A stretch of 64,000 bases of DNA from an uncultured Terracidiphilus sp. (GCA_964438125.1 CAYTJN010000001.1:42641-106640); one strand, 5' to 3'; positions 45,815 through 54,966 are shown, numbered from the stretch's first letter. The notes: generated by a model not told the origin, from the letters alone. Numbers and translations are program-made.

Positions 45815-47064
45815 TGGCTATCTCCCGGAGTGTCTCTAGCAGTTCGTACCCATGATGAATCGGCGCGGGAAGCACGCCAGACCTCGGGGATAATTCGTAA
45901 CTTCCAGAAGATATAGGCTGGCGCCTCTGCTAGAACTCTTATCGTTCCCCGCCAACCGGAACCACAAGCGGCGGCAGCCGTTACGTGCAATGTGAGGACG
46001 AGAAACCCTACCGACGCATACAGCCTGAGCCACGGAACAGGCAGGCAGGCAGCAAGAAACAGCAGACAAACTTCGGTTGCGATCGGCAACGTCAGCAGAT
46101 CGAGCAGTGGCTCCAGAAGCCGAACTCGTCCGCCCAGTAAGTCTCCCATAAGCCGAGGAACCCACTGTCTCGTCATTCTCCGCCGGCCTCCTTCCCAGCG
46201 TGCGCGTTGTGTGCATGCCCCTTGATCCGACTGCGGCATCTCGCCGCTTACTGCGGCAGTGTCAACAAACTCCACCCGGATGCCGGCTCGTACGAGAGCG
46301 AGATGATATTCAAGATCCTCAACGACGGAATAGGCACAGTACGGAATTCGCGTCAGCACTTCGCGGCGCAATGCGAAACCATTGCCCAGGATCCCCGCCG
46401 AAAGACCTAAGCGGTCGCGTCCACGCGGGCGAATCACATTGAATGCTTGAAAGGCGAGAGTCATCAACCGTGTGCGATCGCTTTGCTCACTGTTATAAAC
46501 TTCATAACGGCATTGCACGGCTTGCGCGCCACACAGAAATTTCTCTCGAACAGCATCAATCAGGCCCGGGCTTACGACAGAGTCCGCATCAATGACCATC
46601 ACGGCCTTTGAGGGCCCAGCTAGAGCTTCAGCGAAGCCAAAACTGAGCGCACTGCCCTTACCCTTTTGTTCGGGATCGTTCAACATCAAAACTCTTGCTC
46701 CAGCGGCTTCGGCTTCGGATGCAGTCCTATCTGTGCAGTTATGGGCGATCGCTAAAAGGTCCACGCCAGGACCCACCGAGGAAGCGAAACTGCGAATGCA
46801 GCGCCCGATGAGAGCCTCCTCGTTATGGGCCGGAACCAGGATTGTTATCGCAAAATCCTCCGTTGAGCCCACCTGTTTTGCTTTTTTCCGCGCGTGTGGC
46901 AGCAAAGATGCAGTGGTCAGCACGAGCAGTTCCGCAAGCAAAGGAGCCGTGCCCAGTACCAGTGCGATCCCAATGACGTCAAGCGCTCGCGATAAAAACA
47001 TAGGATTGATCTCCGATTGTCCGGGCAGTGACGAAGCCATTTTGTGAGGAGGTACTGCTGGCAA
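45811..47064 (-). CDS. membrane-embedded family 2 glycosyltransferase with processive-synthase-type QxxRW motif
   Basis: Motifs are ITILVPAHNEE, VIDADSVV and QRARWEGG, with flanking TM helices. Confidence 0.8.
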   Translation of the reverse strand: MPAVPPHKMASSLPGQSEINPMFLSRALDVIGIALVLGTAPLLAELLVLTTASLLPHARKKAKQVGSTEDFAITILVPAHNEEALIGRCIRSFASSVGPGVDLLAIAHNCTDRTASEAEAAGARVLMLNDPEQKGKGSALSFGFAEALAGPSKAVMVIDADSVVSPGLIDAVREKFLCGAQAVQCRYEVYNSEQSDRTRLMTLAFQAFNVIRPRGRDRLGLSAGILGNGFALRREVLTRIPYCAYSVVEDLEYHLALVRAGIRVEFVDTAAVSGEMPQSDQGACTQRARWEGGRRRMTRQWVPRLMGDLLGGRVRLLEPLLDLLTLPIATEVCLLFLAACLPVPWLRLYASVGFLVLTLHVTAAAACGSGWRGTIRVLAEAPAYIFWKLRIIPEVWRASRADSSWVRTARDTPGDSQ

Positions 47065-47122
47065 TCATCCGCCGATAGTAGTTGAGTGTCTTAAGCCTGT
47101 AGGCGGTCGCGGTATTTGGTTT

Positions 47123-48457
47123 CTATGCCGCGTCGGCCGGTGTCAAACTTTGTATCAGTCCATCGAGGTCGCGTCCGCTTTGGGGCATCGCCGGCACAGA
47201 ATCGACAGCAAATCCCCGGCTAAGCAGTTGCTGTACCTGACGGTATACAGACGGGACCTCCTGGGCGTGAATCGGAACCAGTTGGCCGCCAATCCGGCAG
47301 TACGCCCAGTCCTTCCCGAACTGCGAAACCGGAACCGTCTCCGGCTGGATGCGCCGCAATGCCCCCGCGACTTTTGGCGCCGTGCGAAAGAAAAGACGCA
47401 GCCGTGAAGCCTCCAGCACATTTGCCAGAAGACGATCAAGCCCTGCCAACCATAGTTCGCGTTTCCAGCATCGAGCAACGTTCATGACATAGATGAGCGA
47501 GGCGAGCGCGTCCGCACCAATGTACGCCGTGTTGCCCATATCCAGAACCACATGGAAACCTGCAAGAACCGCGCTGCGGACGTCGGATTCAAATTGCGGC
47601 AAGATTGCGCCCGTGAAATCACCATCGATGCGGATCACGAGAGCCGAGCCTGACATCTGTTGCGAAATCCGCGCCTCTTTGCGCCGCTTCCCCTGCATCG
47701 CCATCGCGGCAAGTTGGACCGGGAGATAACGCAACAGACCGATGGCATTGCCGACATAGCGCTTGGCCAACCGCGATGGCTCCTGCATTGTGCGGTAGAG
47801 CCACTCCATTCCGGTCTGCTGCATCCATAACGGCGCGCGGGAAACTTTGCCGCTGAGAAAATCGAATGATGCGCCGACTCCAACACAAACGGGCACCTCG
47901 AGCCGGTGCCGATGCATGGCCAACCATTTTTCCTGCTTGGGGTTTCCAAAGGCAACCAGAAGAATGTCCGGACGGGCGGCTTCGATCCTATCAAGGATAC
48001 CCTCGTGATCCATCTCTTCCAGTGGTTGATGCTTCGGACAATATCGTCCCACAATGCAGACGCCAGGATAGTTCTTCTCCATCCACGCTGCTGCGCCAGC
48101 AGAACTCTCTTCCTCCGCCCCGAGCAGGAAGAGTCGATAGCCCTGTTCGGCCGACAATTTCGCGAGCTGCGGAACGAGATCCGCACCAGCCACCCGTTCC
48201 TTCAGCCCCGCACCCAGGAGCCGCGATGCCCACACGAGTGGTGCTCCATCAGCCAAAACCAGATCACAACCGGCAAGCGTCTCGTAGAGTTCCTCATCGT
48301 GGATTGACTTCATCAGGAAGTCGACGTTTGCGGTCGCAATTTGATGGAAGCCGCCCTCTGCGATGTTGGCCTCCACTGCGTCGAGAACTTCTTCCATCGT
48401 CAGGTTGTCAACAGCAACACCCAGGATGGCAACACGGGGATCTTTGCATTCTGCCAT
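47123..48457 (-). CDS. WecG/TagA/CpsF (GT26) glycosyltransferase fused to a C-terminal STAS domain
   Basis: The GT26 part reads ILGVAVDNLTMEEVL...LADGAPLVWASRLLG...LLVAFGNPKQEKW. The STAS part reads LVIRIDGDFTGAILPQFESDV...VVLDMGNTAYIGADALASL. ATG 48457 is preceded by GGAGCG. Confidence 0.8.
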   Translation of the reverse strand: MAECKDPRVAILGVAVDNLTMEEVLDAVEANIAEGGFHQIATANVDFLMKSIHDEELYETLAGCDLVLADGAPLVWASRLLGAGLKERVAGADLVPQLAKLSAEQGYRLFLLGAEEESSAGAAAWMEKNYPGVCIVGRYCPKHQPLEEMDHEGILDRIEAARPDILLVAFGNPKQEKWLAMHRHRLEVPVCVGVGASFDFLSGKVSRAPLWMQQTGMEWLYRTMQEPSRLAKRYVGNAIGLLRYLPVQLAAMAMQGKRRKEARISQQMSGSALVIRIDGDFTGAILPQFESDVRSAVLAGFHVVLDMGNTAYIGADALASLIYVMNVARCWKRELWLAGLDRLLANVLEASRLRLFFRTAPKVAGALRRIQPETVPVSQFGKDWAYCRIGGQLVPIHAQEVPSVYRQVQQLLSRGFAVDSVPAMPQSGRDLDGLIQSLTPADAA

Positions 48458-48654
48458 GGTGATCGCTCCACAGTGCTTCTGCTTGCGACGGGTCCTGCCT
48501 ACTGTTCTCAATTTGATCTGTAGACCAATCGAACCCGTGGAAGGGAAGAAACGAGGTTACGGCGGTCTCATGACCGGTAAAGATGAAAAGGGAAGCTTAC
48601 GTAGACGCGTTCCTCAGGAAGGCGCCCGAATTGCGGTGGTTATGGCGGTTCTCG

Positions 48655-48690
48655 GTAAAAAATACACCCCCTCACATGGACGGTGAGGGC
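48655..48690 (-). terminator. candidate intrinsic terminator/attenuator hairpin in the leader between the NusG paralog and the first biosynthetic gene
   Basis: On the minus strand, a 7-bp GC-rich stem (48683-48689 pairs with 48669-48675) has a 7-nt loop and is followed by GGTGTATTTTTT. The U-tract is offset from the stem by about 6 nt. Confidence 0.3.
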
Positions 48691-48859
48691 ATTCCTGTTA
48701 GAGAATCGCACGACATTTCTGGGAAGTTTGAACGAAGAGCGACTCACAACAGCTTATGATTCCGGCATGACGGGATAAGTTAGCATTCCCCGGTTTTCTG
48801 GTTGCTTTCTGTTCTGTTTCCATAGTGCGACTTTACTTAGTTGCGTTTCATGGTTGAGG

Positions 48860-49456
48860 TTAATTGTTTCGGTCGATACTATTTGATCCGGATCGCTCAT
48901 GAACGGCCTCTACATCACTCAAGGCAAGCTCGGCCGAAATAGCTTGCGAGAATACTGAGATGGTAACGATGAGACGAAGGTTGTTCTTGATTCGCGCCAG
49001 GCGCCCCTTTATTCCCGCCAGGGGACCTCGAGTAACCTGCACCAGCGTCCCGGCAGTCAATGCATCGCAGCGATTACAGGGAATGTTGCTACCGAGGGTT
49101 CGGTGAACAGCCTCTATTTCGACTTCGGAAATCTGGCTTGGTGTGTGGTTTCCGCCCAGCAGACGAACAATGCCGTTCGTCTCCAGCACCTTCACCCGGT
49201 TACGTAAACTCGGTTCATAGTGAATAAAAAGGTAGCCGCTGAATGCGGGCACCTCAATAACCTTGCGGCGATCCTTCCATTGATGTATCTCTCGCAGCAA
49301 TGGAAGATAAGTCCGAAATCCTTTCGCGGTTAAACCGGAAGCAACGCGCTGCTCGCAGCGGTAACCGGTCTGCACTGCGTACCAGGCTTGGTCAGTATTA
49401 TCCCGTAAGGGCAACTTTCCGATTCCGGTTTCGACGCTAAAGCAGGCTTCGCCCAT
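48860..49456 (-). CDS. NusG-family specialised antiterminator paralog (RfaH/UpxY/TaA-like)
   Basis: The NGN region reads WYAVQTGYRCEQRVASGLTAKGFRTYLPLL...VPAFSGYLFI. The KOW region reads GTLVQVTRGPLAGIKGRLARI. I chose the start at ATG 49456. Confidence 0.8.
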   Translation of the reverse strand: MGEACFSVETGIGKLPLRDNTDQAWYAVQTGYRCEQRVASGLTAKGFRTYLPLLREIHQWKDRRKVIEVPAFSGYLFIHYEPSLRNRVKVLETNGIVRLLGGNHTPSQISEVEIEAVHRTLGSNIPCNRCDALTAGTLVQVTRGPLAGIKGRLARIKNNLRLIVTISVFSQAISAELALSDVEAVHERSGSNSIDRNN

Positions 49457-49675
49457 GTCACCCCCATCTGAGTGCTGACAATTCTGTTTTTTCTTTGTCG
49501 ATCGAATCAGGACAGGTGCAAGAGCGAGTAGCTCCCGACACCAAAGCAACAACAGCAAAGTGAAGCCAATGGAACAATTCTCGGTTCTGAGCGCTGAAAA
49601 AATCTGTTCTGTTTTGTCCGGTGGAAAAAGGGAAGGTGCTAGAGCGCATCGCTCCGAGCACTACAGTTACACCAA

Positions 49676-49846
49676 CAGGTGACGCAATCAATCAGTTAAA
49701 AACAACCAGTGAGGCAATCGATCAATTAATTGGTTTTGAGCGCTTACAGTTACATTTCTGTTTGTTCAGTCGAAACAAAGAAGGTGGAGAAGCGAAACAC
49801 TTCTGGCACTAAACAACAACATCCAGTGACGCCAAATCATCAATTA
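49676..49846. promoter_or_regulatory. three imperfect direct repeats (about 23 bp), candidate operator sites upstream of the NusG-paralog gene
   Basis: The three copies are 49676-49698 CAGGTGACGCAATCAATCAGTTA, 49706-49728 CCAGTGAGGCAATCGATCAATTA and 49823-49846 CCAGTGACGCCAAATCATCAATTA. Each is preceded by an AACAAC-like run. Copy 2 runs into the perfect palindrome CAATTAATTG (49724-49733). Confidence 0.4.
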
Positions 49847-50070
49847 CTGGTGATGAAGTTTTCACCCACCGTCACTCCTGCCTTAATAGTGTCGGTTTCC
49901 TTCATAACCGTTTCAAAAAGCCAATCCGCATCGCACCCCAAAACCCAAGCAATCTCTTGTCGCATTTGCTGCCGGGGCACACGGACTCCGTTGATGATGC
50001 GGCTAAGATAGGCCTCATCGATCCCCACCAGTTTCGCCAGTCGATTTTGACGCATGCCGGTCGTGTACAT
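49840..50070 (-). CDS. XRE-family helix-turn-helix transcriptional regulator
   Basis: The 76-aa protein has the HTH RQNRLAKLVGIDEAYLSRIINGVRVP. Confidence 0.7.
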   Translation of the reverse strand: MYTTGMRQNRLAKLVGIDEAYLSRIINGVRVPRQQMRQEIAWVLGCDADWLFETVMKETDTIKAGVTVGENFITSN

Positions 50071-50572
50071 TCGCAGCTTGAGATTCGGGTAGATACTTCT
50101 CTCCTTTTTGCTTGATGGCGGTCAGTTACTTAGTGAATGCCGTGACAACTTATGTGTCGGCCGTCACAGCGAGCCACATTTCGCCGCCGCTAAACTCGCA
50201 GTAAGCCAAGAGTATGCCAAACGACAAGTTTTTGCCACAAAACTTTGGTAACTTTGATGTGTCTCTTCTGCGCGACCAACAGGCATTTTCTGGTAGGGGT
50301 TCAATCATAAATAGCATAAATAGAATAACTTATAGGAGTGGACATTTCATTACACACAACAGTGTGCATAATTAAATCTGTATAACTTGGAGGAGAGTCT
50401 TGCTGCTTCGGAATAGAGGAGCATTCGATGTCCTTTTGGTGCGCCGGCATCCTGATCTGAACAATGATGCGAGCTACAACGACCGGGCAAAGCCAGCGAT
50501 TGCCTCTTCACATCCAATCAAAAGCACCACATGTGTTCTAAGACCCTGCAAGGAGGCTTTCTCGAGAACGCC

Positions 50573-51967
50573 ATGCACATCTCCCCGCTCGCCGTCCTTC
50601 TCGCTTGGATACCCTTCAGCGTGTATCTCTTCCGCCGCTATCCCGTCCGCATTGCAATTCTAGCCAACTTTATTGGTGGGTGGGCAATCCTACCGGGGGC
50701 CCATTACCAGGCAACGGGCGACTCCTTTCCCTATTGGGTTCTCGGCGTTTGCCTACCAACTGATCCTTTTGTCACCAAGGCTATGGCCACTGGACTGGCC
50801 GCGTTGGCGGGAATTCTTCTTTTTTATTTCTCGGATTTGAAGAAGTTCAGGCCGCGCATCTGCGATCTTCCCATGTTTATATGGTGCTGTGTTCCTCTGC
50901 TCTCGGCGGCTGCACATTGGAACACATTTCCTGAAGCTATTAGGGGGTCAATTTACCAGACAGTCTCCTGGGGCGTTCCCTGGTTCCTGGGCCGCATTTA
51001 CTTTTCCGACGACGCCTCGCTGCTGCTCGCCGCCAAAGCGTGCGTAATCGCGGGCATCTGTTATGTGCCGATCTGTCTGTTCGAAATCTGCGTGGGACCT
51101 CAGCTCTACGCATTTTTTTACGGTTATCAACCTTATCGCTGGATCGGCGCCGCACGCTATATAGGCTTCCGTCCCATCGGCTTTATGGAGGACGGCAATC
51201 AACTGGGAATTTGGATGGGAGCTGCGACCTTGGTTGCCGTTTTCCTTTCCCTTCATCGGCTGACGAGCCGCCTTTTAGGTTTGCCAATCGGATGGATCGC
51301 AACAGGCCTGGCATGTGTGACCCTGCTCTGCCAGTCCGCAGGCAGTATTCTTTTGCTCCTCTTCCTACTCCCTTTAGCGCTATTGAAGCGGCGCTCGTTC
51401 CTGCGGGTCTTCGTCGCAGTTGTGGTTGTGAGCATCTTGGCACTCACAGTCTTCCGGATGACGAATCTCGTTTCCTTGCGCGCGTTGGCGCAGCGCACCG
51501 GGGTAGTACATTCGCTTTCGGGCGTCCTGACAAGCGTGGGGCGGCACTCACTCGTCTGGCGCTTGGCCAGAGACGAAGGCCATATCAAAGTGGCGCTCGA
51601 GCGGCCTCTGCTTGGGTCTGGGGAATGGAATTGGTGGCGGAACGGCGATTCCCGGCCTTGGAGCCTCTGGCTGCTTGTCTTTGGAATGTACGGATTGGTC
51701 GGCCTCGCGTCATTCGGACTCATACTGCTTTGGCCGGTCGAACGCGCAATGTGGCCGCCCGCGCGAGCGAGCGCCCAAAACGAGCCGAATCTTCGCCTGG
51801 CCATGGCCGCACTTATCCTGATGGTGGCCATTGACAACCTGCTCAACGGTGCAATGATTCTGCCCTATCTGCTCATCATGGGGGGCTTGGCAGCCGCACC
51901 ATTGAAACGCTCATCTGTCTCGTCAATTCTGAGAACTCCTGTCTCGATCAGGGCAAAGCATCCGTAA
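50573..51967 (+). CDS. O-antigen ligase/polymerase-like (Wzy_C-type) polytopic membrane protein
   Basis: It has about 10-12 TM helices and a large loop (RLARDEGHIKVALERPLLGSGEWNWW) typical of the O-antigen ligase family. The start is ambiguous: ATG 50531 or ATG 50573, with AGGAGG at 50551. Confidence 0.55.
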   Translation: MHISPLAVLLAWIPFSVYLFRRYPVRIAILANFIGGWAILPGAHYQATGDSFPYWVLGVCLPTDPFVTKAMATGLAALAGILLFYFSDLKKFRPRICDLPMFIWCCVPLLSAAAHWNTFPEAIRGSIYQTVSWGVPWFLGRIYFSDDASLLLAAKACVIAGICYVPICLFEICVGPQLYAFFYGYQPYRWIGAARYIGFRPIGFMEDGNQLGIWMGAATLVAVFLSLHRLTSRLLGLPIGWIATGLACVTLLCQSAGSILLLLFLLPLALLKRRSFLRVFVAVVVVSILALTVFRMTNLVSLRALAQRTGVVHSLSGVLTSVGRHSLVWRLARDEGHIKVALERPLLGSGEWNWWRNGDSRPWSLWLLVFGMYGLVGLASFGLILLWPVERAMWPPARASAQNEPNLRLAMAALILMVAIDNLLNGAMILPYLLIMGGLAAAPLKRSSVSSILRTPVSIRAKHP

Positions 51968-52223
51968 CAAAGATCGAGAGCGCAGTAGACCGAAGGCTGT
52001 TTTTCCGCAGTCACTCCTCCAGATCTATTTGGAAATGTCCGCAAATAAACCGTTTCAGCCTCTGGTGTGGAACAGATTGCCTTCGCAGAACGTCCAGGTG
52101 AAACCCCGTTCAGGCGAAGCCCAATCGAGGCGTAGACTCGGTACTCGTTTCCTTGTAGAATTACGCTCAAATGGACCTTAGTACACTTCCCCAACTGTTC
52201 TTGGCCGTCTGCCGAATGAACAA

Positions 52224-54518
52224 TTGAATACACCCTTGGATACCCCCTCCAAATTCGCTCGGATAGCGTTGGAGAACCTGTTCGAGATTTCTCCGGACGC
52301 TATTTTTGTCACCGATCGCGATGGGATGATTCGCGACGCAAACCCTCGTGCGACGGAGCTCTTTGGTTACACTCACGGAGAACTGTCCGGCATGAAGGTC
52401 GACGAGTTGGTCCCGGAGCGCCTGAGAGCGCGTCACCCAGGCCATCGTGAGAACTACAATGCCCACCCGCGGGAACGCCAGATGGGCGCGGCGATGGAAT
52501 TGTCGGGTCTGCGCAAGGATGGGACCGAGTTTCCAGTGGATATCATGCTCAAACCGCTGGAAACCGAAGATGGTCCTGCCGTCCTCAGCTTTGTTCGCGA
52601 CGCAACCGAGCAGCGGGCAGCCCAGGACGCGATGCGACGCCAAGACCAGCAGATGCGCTCGATTATTGATAGCGTACGCGACTATGCCATCTACCTGCTG
52701 GACAGCGAGGGTTATGTCCTCACATGGAGCCCCGGCGGCGAACGCATCAAGGGTTATACGCCGGACGACATCATTGGCAAGCATTTTTCGCGGTTTTTCA
52801 CTCGCGAGGATTTGGAGCGAGACCATCCGGCGGAGCTGATGCGTCTGGCAGGGGCGCATGGAAGATTTGAAGAAGAAGGCTGGCGACTGCGAAAGGATGG
52901 ATCGCGCTTCTGGGCAAACAGCATCCTTACCGCGATCCGGGATACCGCCGGCACGGTGACCGGCTATGCCAAGGTGACTCGGGACTTTACCGATCGCAAG
53001 CGCGCGGAAGAAGCAGTGATGATGCAGTTGACCAGTGCCCTGCTAGCCAATGTGGATGTACGCAAACTTCTGGGAGCGATTTCGGCGAGTCTCCATGAAG
53101 TGATCCCTCACGATGCTGCGACGCTGGGCCTATATGACGCGGCTGCTGATTTGATGTTAGTGCAGTTCCTGGGCCTTGAGGAAGGTGATTATCGCCGCGC
53201 TGAGATACGCTTGCCCGTTGAAGGCTCGCCGGCCGGCGAGGTATTTCGCACCCGACAGCCCGTCTTGCAGGACAAGATCAAGGGCTCCCCCTTTGCTGAA
53301 GCGTCCGTGCGCCATTTCACAGAACTGGGAATGCAATCCGGTTGCTGGGTTCCATTAATTTACCGGGGCGAGCTAATAGGTACATTGGCGGTTGCCAGCC
53401 GGCTTGAATCTGCTTTTGTCCAACGCGACGCAGAAATGCTGACTCAGGTTGCAGTCCAAGTGGCAATCGCCGTGAACAACGCAATGACGTTCCGACAGAT
53501 TGCCGAGTTGCGCGATCGTCTGACGCAAGAAAAACGATACCTCGAAGAGGAGATCAACGTCGAGAATCGATTCGAGGACATCGTGGGAGAGAGTTCCGGG
53601 CTTCGACAAGTGCTGCGGGATGTCGAGACCGTGGCGCCCACCGGCGCGACCGTATTGATCCAAGGCGAGACGGGTACCGGCAAGGAGCTTCTGGCGCGCG
53701 CAATTCACAAGCTCAGCCCGCGCAATGAACGCACTTTCATCAAGGTGAATTGCGCCGCCATCCCCGCGGGGCTGCTGGAAAGCGAGCTGTTTGGCCACGA
53801 GAAAGGGGCCTTCACCGGCGCCATTGCTCGCAAAATGGGCCGTCTAGAGCTGGCTCATGAAGGGACTCTCTTCCTGGATGAAGTCGGAGAATTGCCGCTC
53901 GAACTACAGCCAAAGCTGTTACGCGCAATACAGGAAAGAGAGATCGAGCGGTTGGGCGGAACCAGGCCCATCAAGATAGACGTGCGCCTCATCGCAGCAT
54001 CCAATCGCGATCTGGCTAAGATGGTTGCCGAAAAAGAATTCCGTGCGGATCTTTTCTATCGACTAAAAGTCTTCCCCATTCAATCCCCCCCTTTGCGTGA
54101 ACGAATCGACGACATCCCCATTCTGGTGCGACACTTCGTTAGCCTGCACAGCCGGCGGATGGGCAAGACCATTGAGAACATTTCAGAAGCGACAATGGCA
54201 GCATTGACCAAGTGGAAATGGCCTGGCAATATTCGCGAATTGGAGAATTTTCTTGAACGGGCGGTGATTCTCACCCGCGGTTCAACGCTTTACATCCCGG
54301 TGGCAGAACTGGAAATCGAAGCGGAGCCGGAAGAGAACGCCACGGTTGAAAGCTCAACCTATGAAGCAGCCGAGAGAGAGCACATCTTACGAGTGCTTCG
54401 CGCCACCAAAGGCACGATCGCGGGCGACGATGGTGCGGCGGCGCGTTTGGGCCTCAAACGAACTACATTGAATTCCAAAATGAAGAAGCTCGGCATCCTG
54501 CGCAGTGACTATATTTAG
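52224..54518 (+). CDS. sigma54-dependent transcriptional activator with PAS-PAS-GAF sensor domains, an AAA+ domain and a Fis-type HTH
   Basis: AAA+ motifs are [30 protein letters not shown] (GAFTGA) and [10 protein letters not shown]. The C-terminal HTH is [21 protein letters not shown]. It starts at TTG. Confidence 0.9.
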   Translation: MNTPLDTPSKFARIALENLFEISPDAIFVTDRDGMIRDANPRATELFGYTHGELSGMKVDELVPERLRARHPGHRENYNAHPRERQMGAAMELSGLRKDGTEFPVDIMLKPLETEDGPAVLSFVRDATEQRAAQDAMRRQDQQMRSIIDSVRDYAIYLLDSEGYVLTWSPGGERIKGYTPDDIIGKHFSRFFTREDLERDHPAELMRLAGAHGRFEEEGWRLRKDGSRFWANSILTAIRDTAGTVTGYAKVTRDFTDRKRAEEAVMMQLTSALLANVDVRKLLGAISASLHEVIPHDAATLGLYDAAADLMLVQFLGLEEGDYRRAEIRLPVEGSPAGEVFRTRQPVLQDKIKGSPFAEASVRHFTELGMQSGCWVPLIYRGELIGTLAVASRLESAFVQRDAEMLTQVAVQVAIAVNNAMTFRQIAELRDRLTQEKRYLEEEINVENRFEDIVGESSGLRQVLRDVETVAPTGATVLIQGETGTGKELLARAIHKLSPRNERTFIKVNCAAIPAGLLESELFGHEKGAFTGAIARKMGRLELAHEGTLFLDEVGELPLELQPKLLRAIQEREIERLGGTRPIKIDVRLIAASNRDLAKMVAEKEFRADLFYRLKVFPIQSPPLRERIDDIPILVRHFVSLHSRRMGKTIENISEATMAALTKWKWPGNIRELENFLERAVILTRGSTLYIPVAELEIEAEPEENATVESSTYEAAEREHILRVLRATKGTIAGDDGAAARLGLKRTTLNSKMKKLGILRSDYI

Positions 54519-54650
54519 TCCCAGTGACGAAATCTCGTCTTCGTCAGTCCGTCAATTTTTTTGTAAGGTTCAAACATAAATCGAGATTGATTTTAACTAA
54601 ATCATTTCCTATCATAAAGCTGGTCATATACGAACAAAACCTCAAGCGGT

Positions 54651-54667
54651 TTGGCATAGCCCGTGCA
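54651..54667 (+). promoter_or_regulatory. candidate sigma54 (-24/-12) promoter
   Basis: The sequence TTGGCAT-AGCCC-GTGCA has GG (54653-54654) and GC (54665-54666) at the canonical spacing of TGGCAC-N5-TTGCW. It lies directly upstream of the STAS-like ORF, which would leave almost no 5' leader. Confidence 0.3.
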
Positions 54668-54678
54668 CATAGGTGTGC

Positions 54679-54966
54679 ATGTCGCTAAGGATTACCGTTC
54701 ACGAGGATGAAAGATTGGTGAAGCTAACCCTGGAAGGACGGCTCGCTGGGCCGTGGGTGGCTGAACTCGACAAGGCGTGGAGAGAAACCGCTCAACGCCT
54801 TGGGAGCAAGAAATTGCTCTTGAACCTGCACGATTTGACCTTCTCGAATGAGGAAGGCAAGCAAGCGCTGAGAGAAATTGTCCTGCAAACAAACGCAGAG
54901 ATCTCTTCCAGCACACCCTTAACGAAGTATCTCGCCCAGGAAATCAGTTCCCCCAAAACAAACTGA
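54679..54966 (+). CDS. small STAS-like (anti-sigma-antagonist fold) protein
   Basis: The sequence reads MSLRITVHEDERLVKLTLEGRLAGPWVAELDKAW...LLLNLHDLTFSNEEGKQAL. This is pattern resemblance only. Confidence 0.45.
   Translation: MSLRITVHEDERLVKLTLEGRLAGPWVAELDKAWRETAQRLGSKKLLLNLHDLTFSNEEGKQALREIVLQTNAEISSSTPLTKYLAQEISSPKTN

Noticed and set aside
48515-48545. A GGGTTCGATTGG T-loop-like string on the minus strand, considered as a possible tRNA
   Set aside because: The flanking bases do not form a T-stem, and no acceptor or anticodon arms can be drawn.
50306-50323. Tandem CATAAATAG CATAAATAG in the AT-rich divergent region between the XRE gene and the Wzy-like gene
   Set aside because: There are only two short copies in AT-rich promoter DNA. 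I cannot distinguish them from chance or slippage without comparative data.
52167-52859. A 230-aa minus-strand ORF
   Set aside because: It is antisense to the well-supported PAS domains of the sigma54 activator (52224-54518) and has no recognisable motifs. It is a GC-rich shadow ORF.
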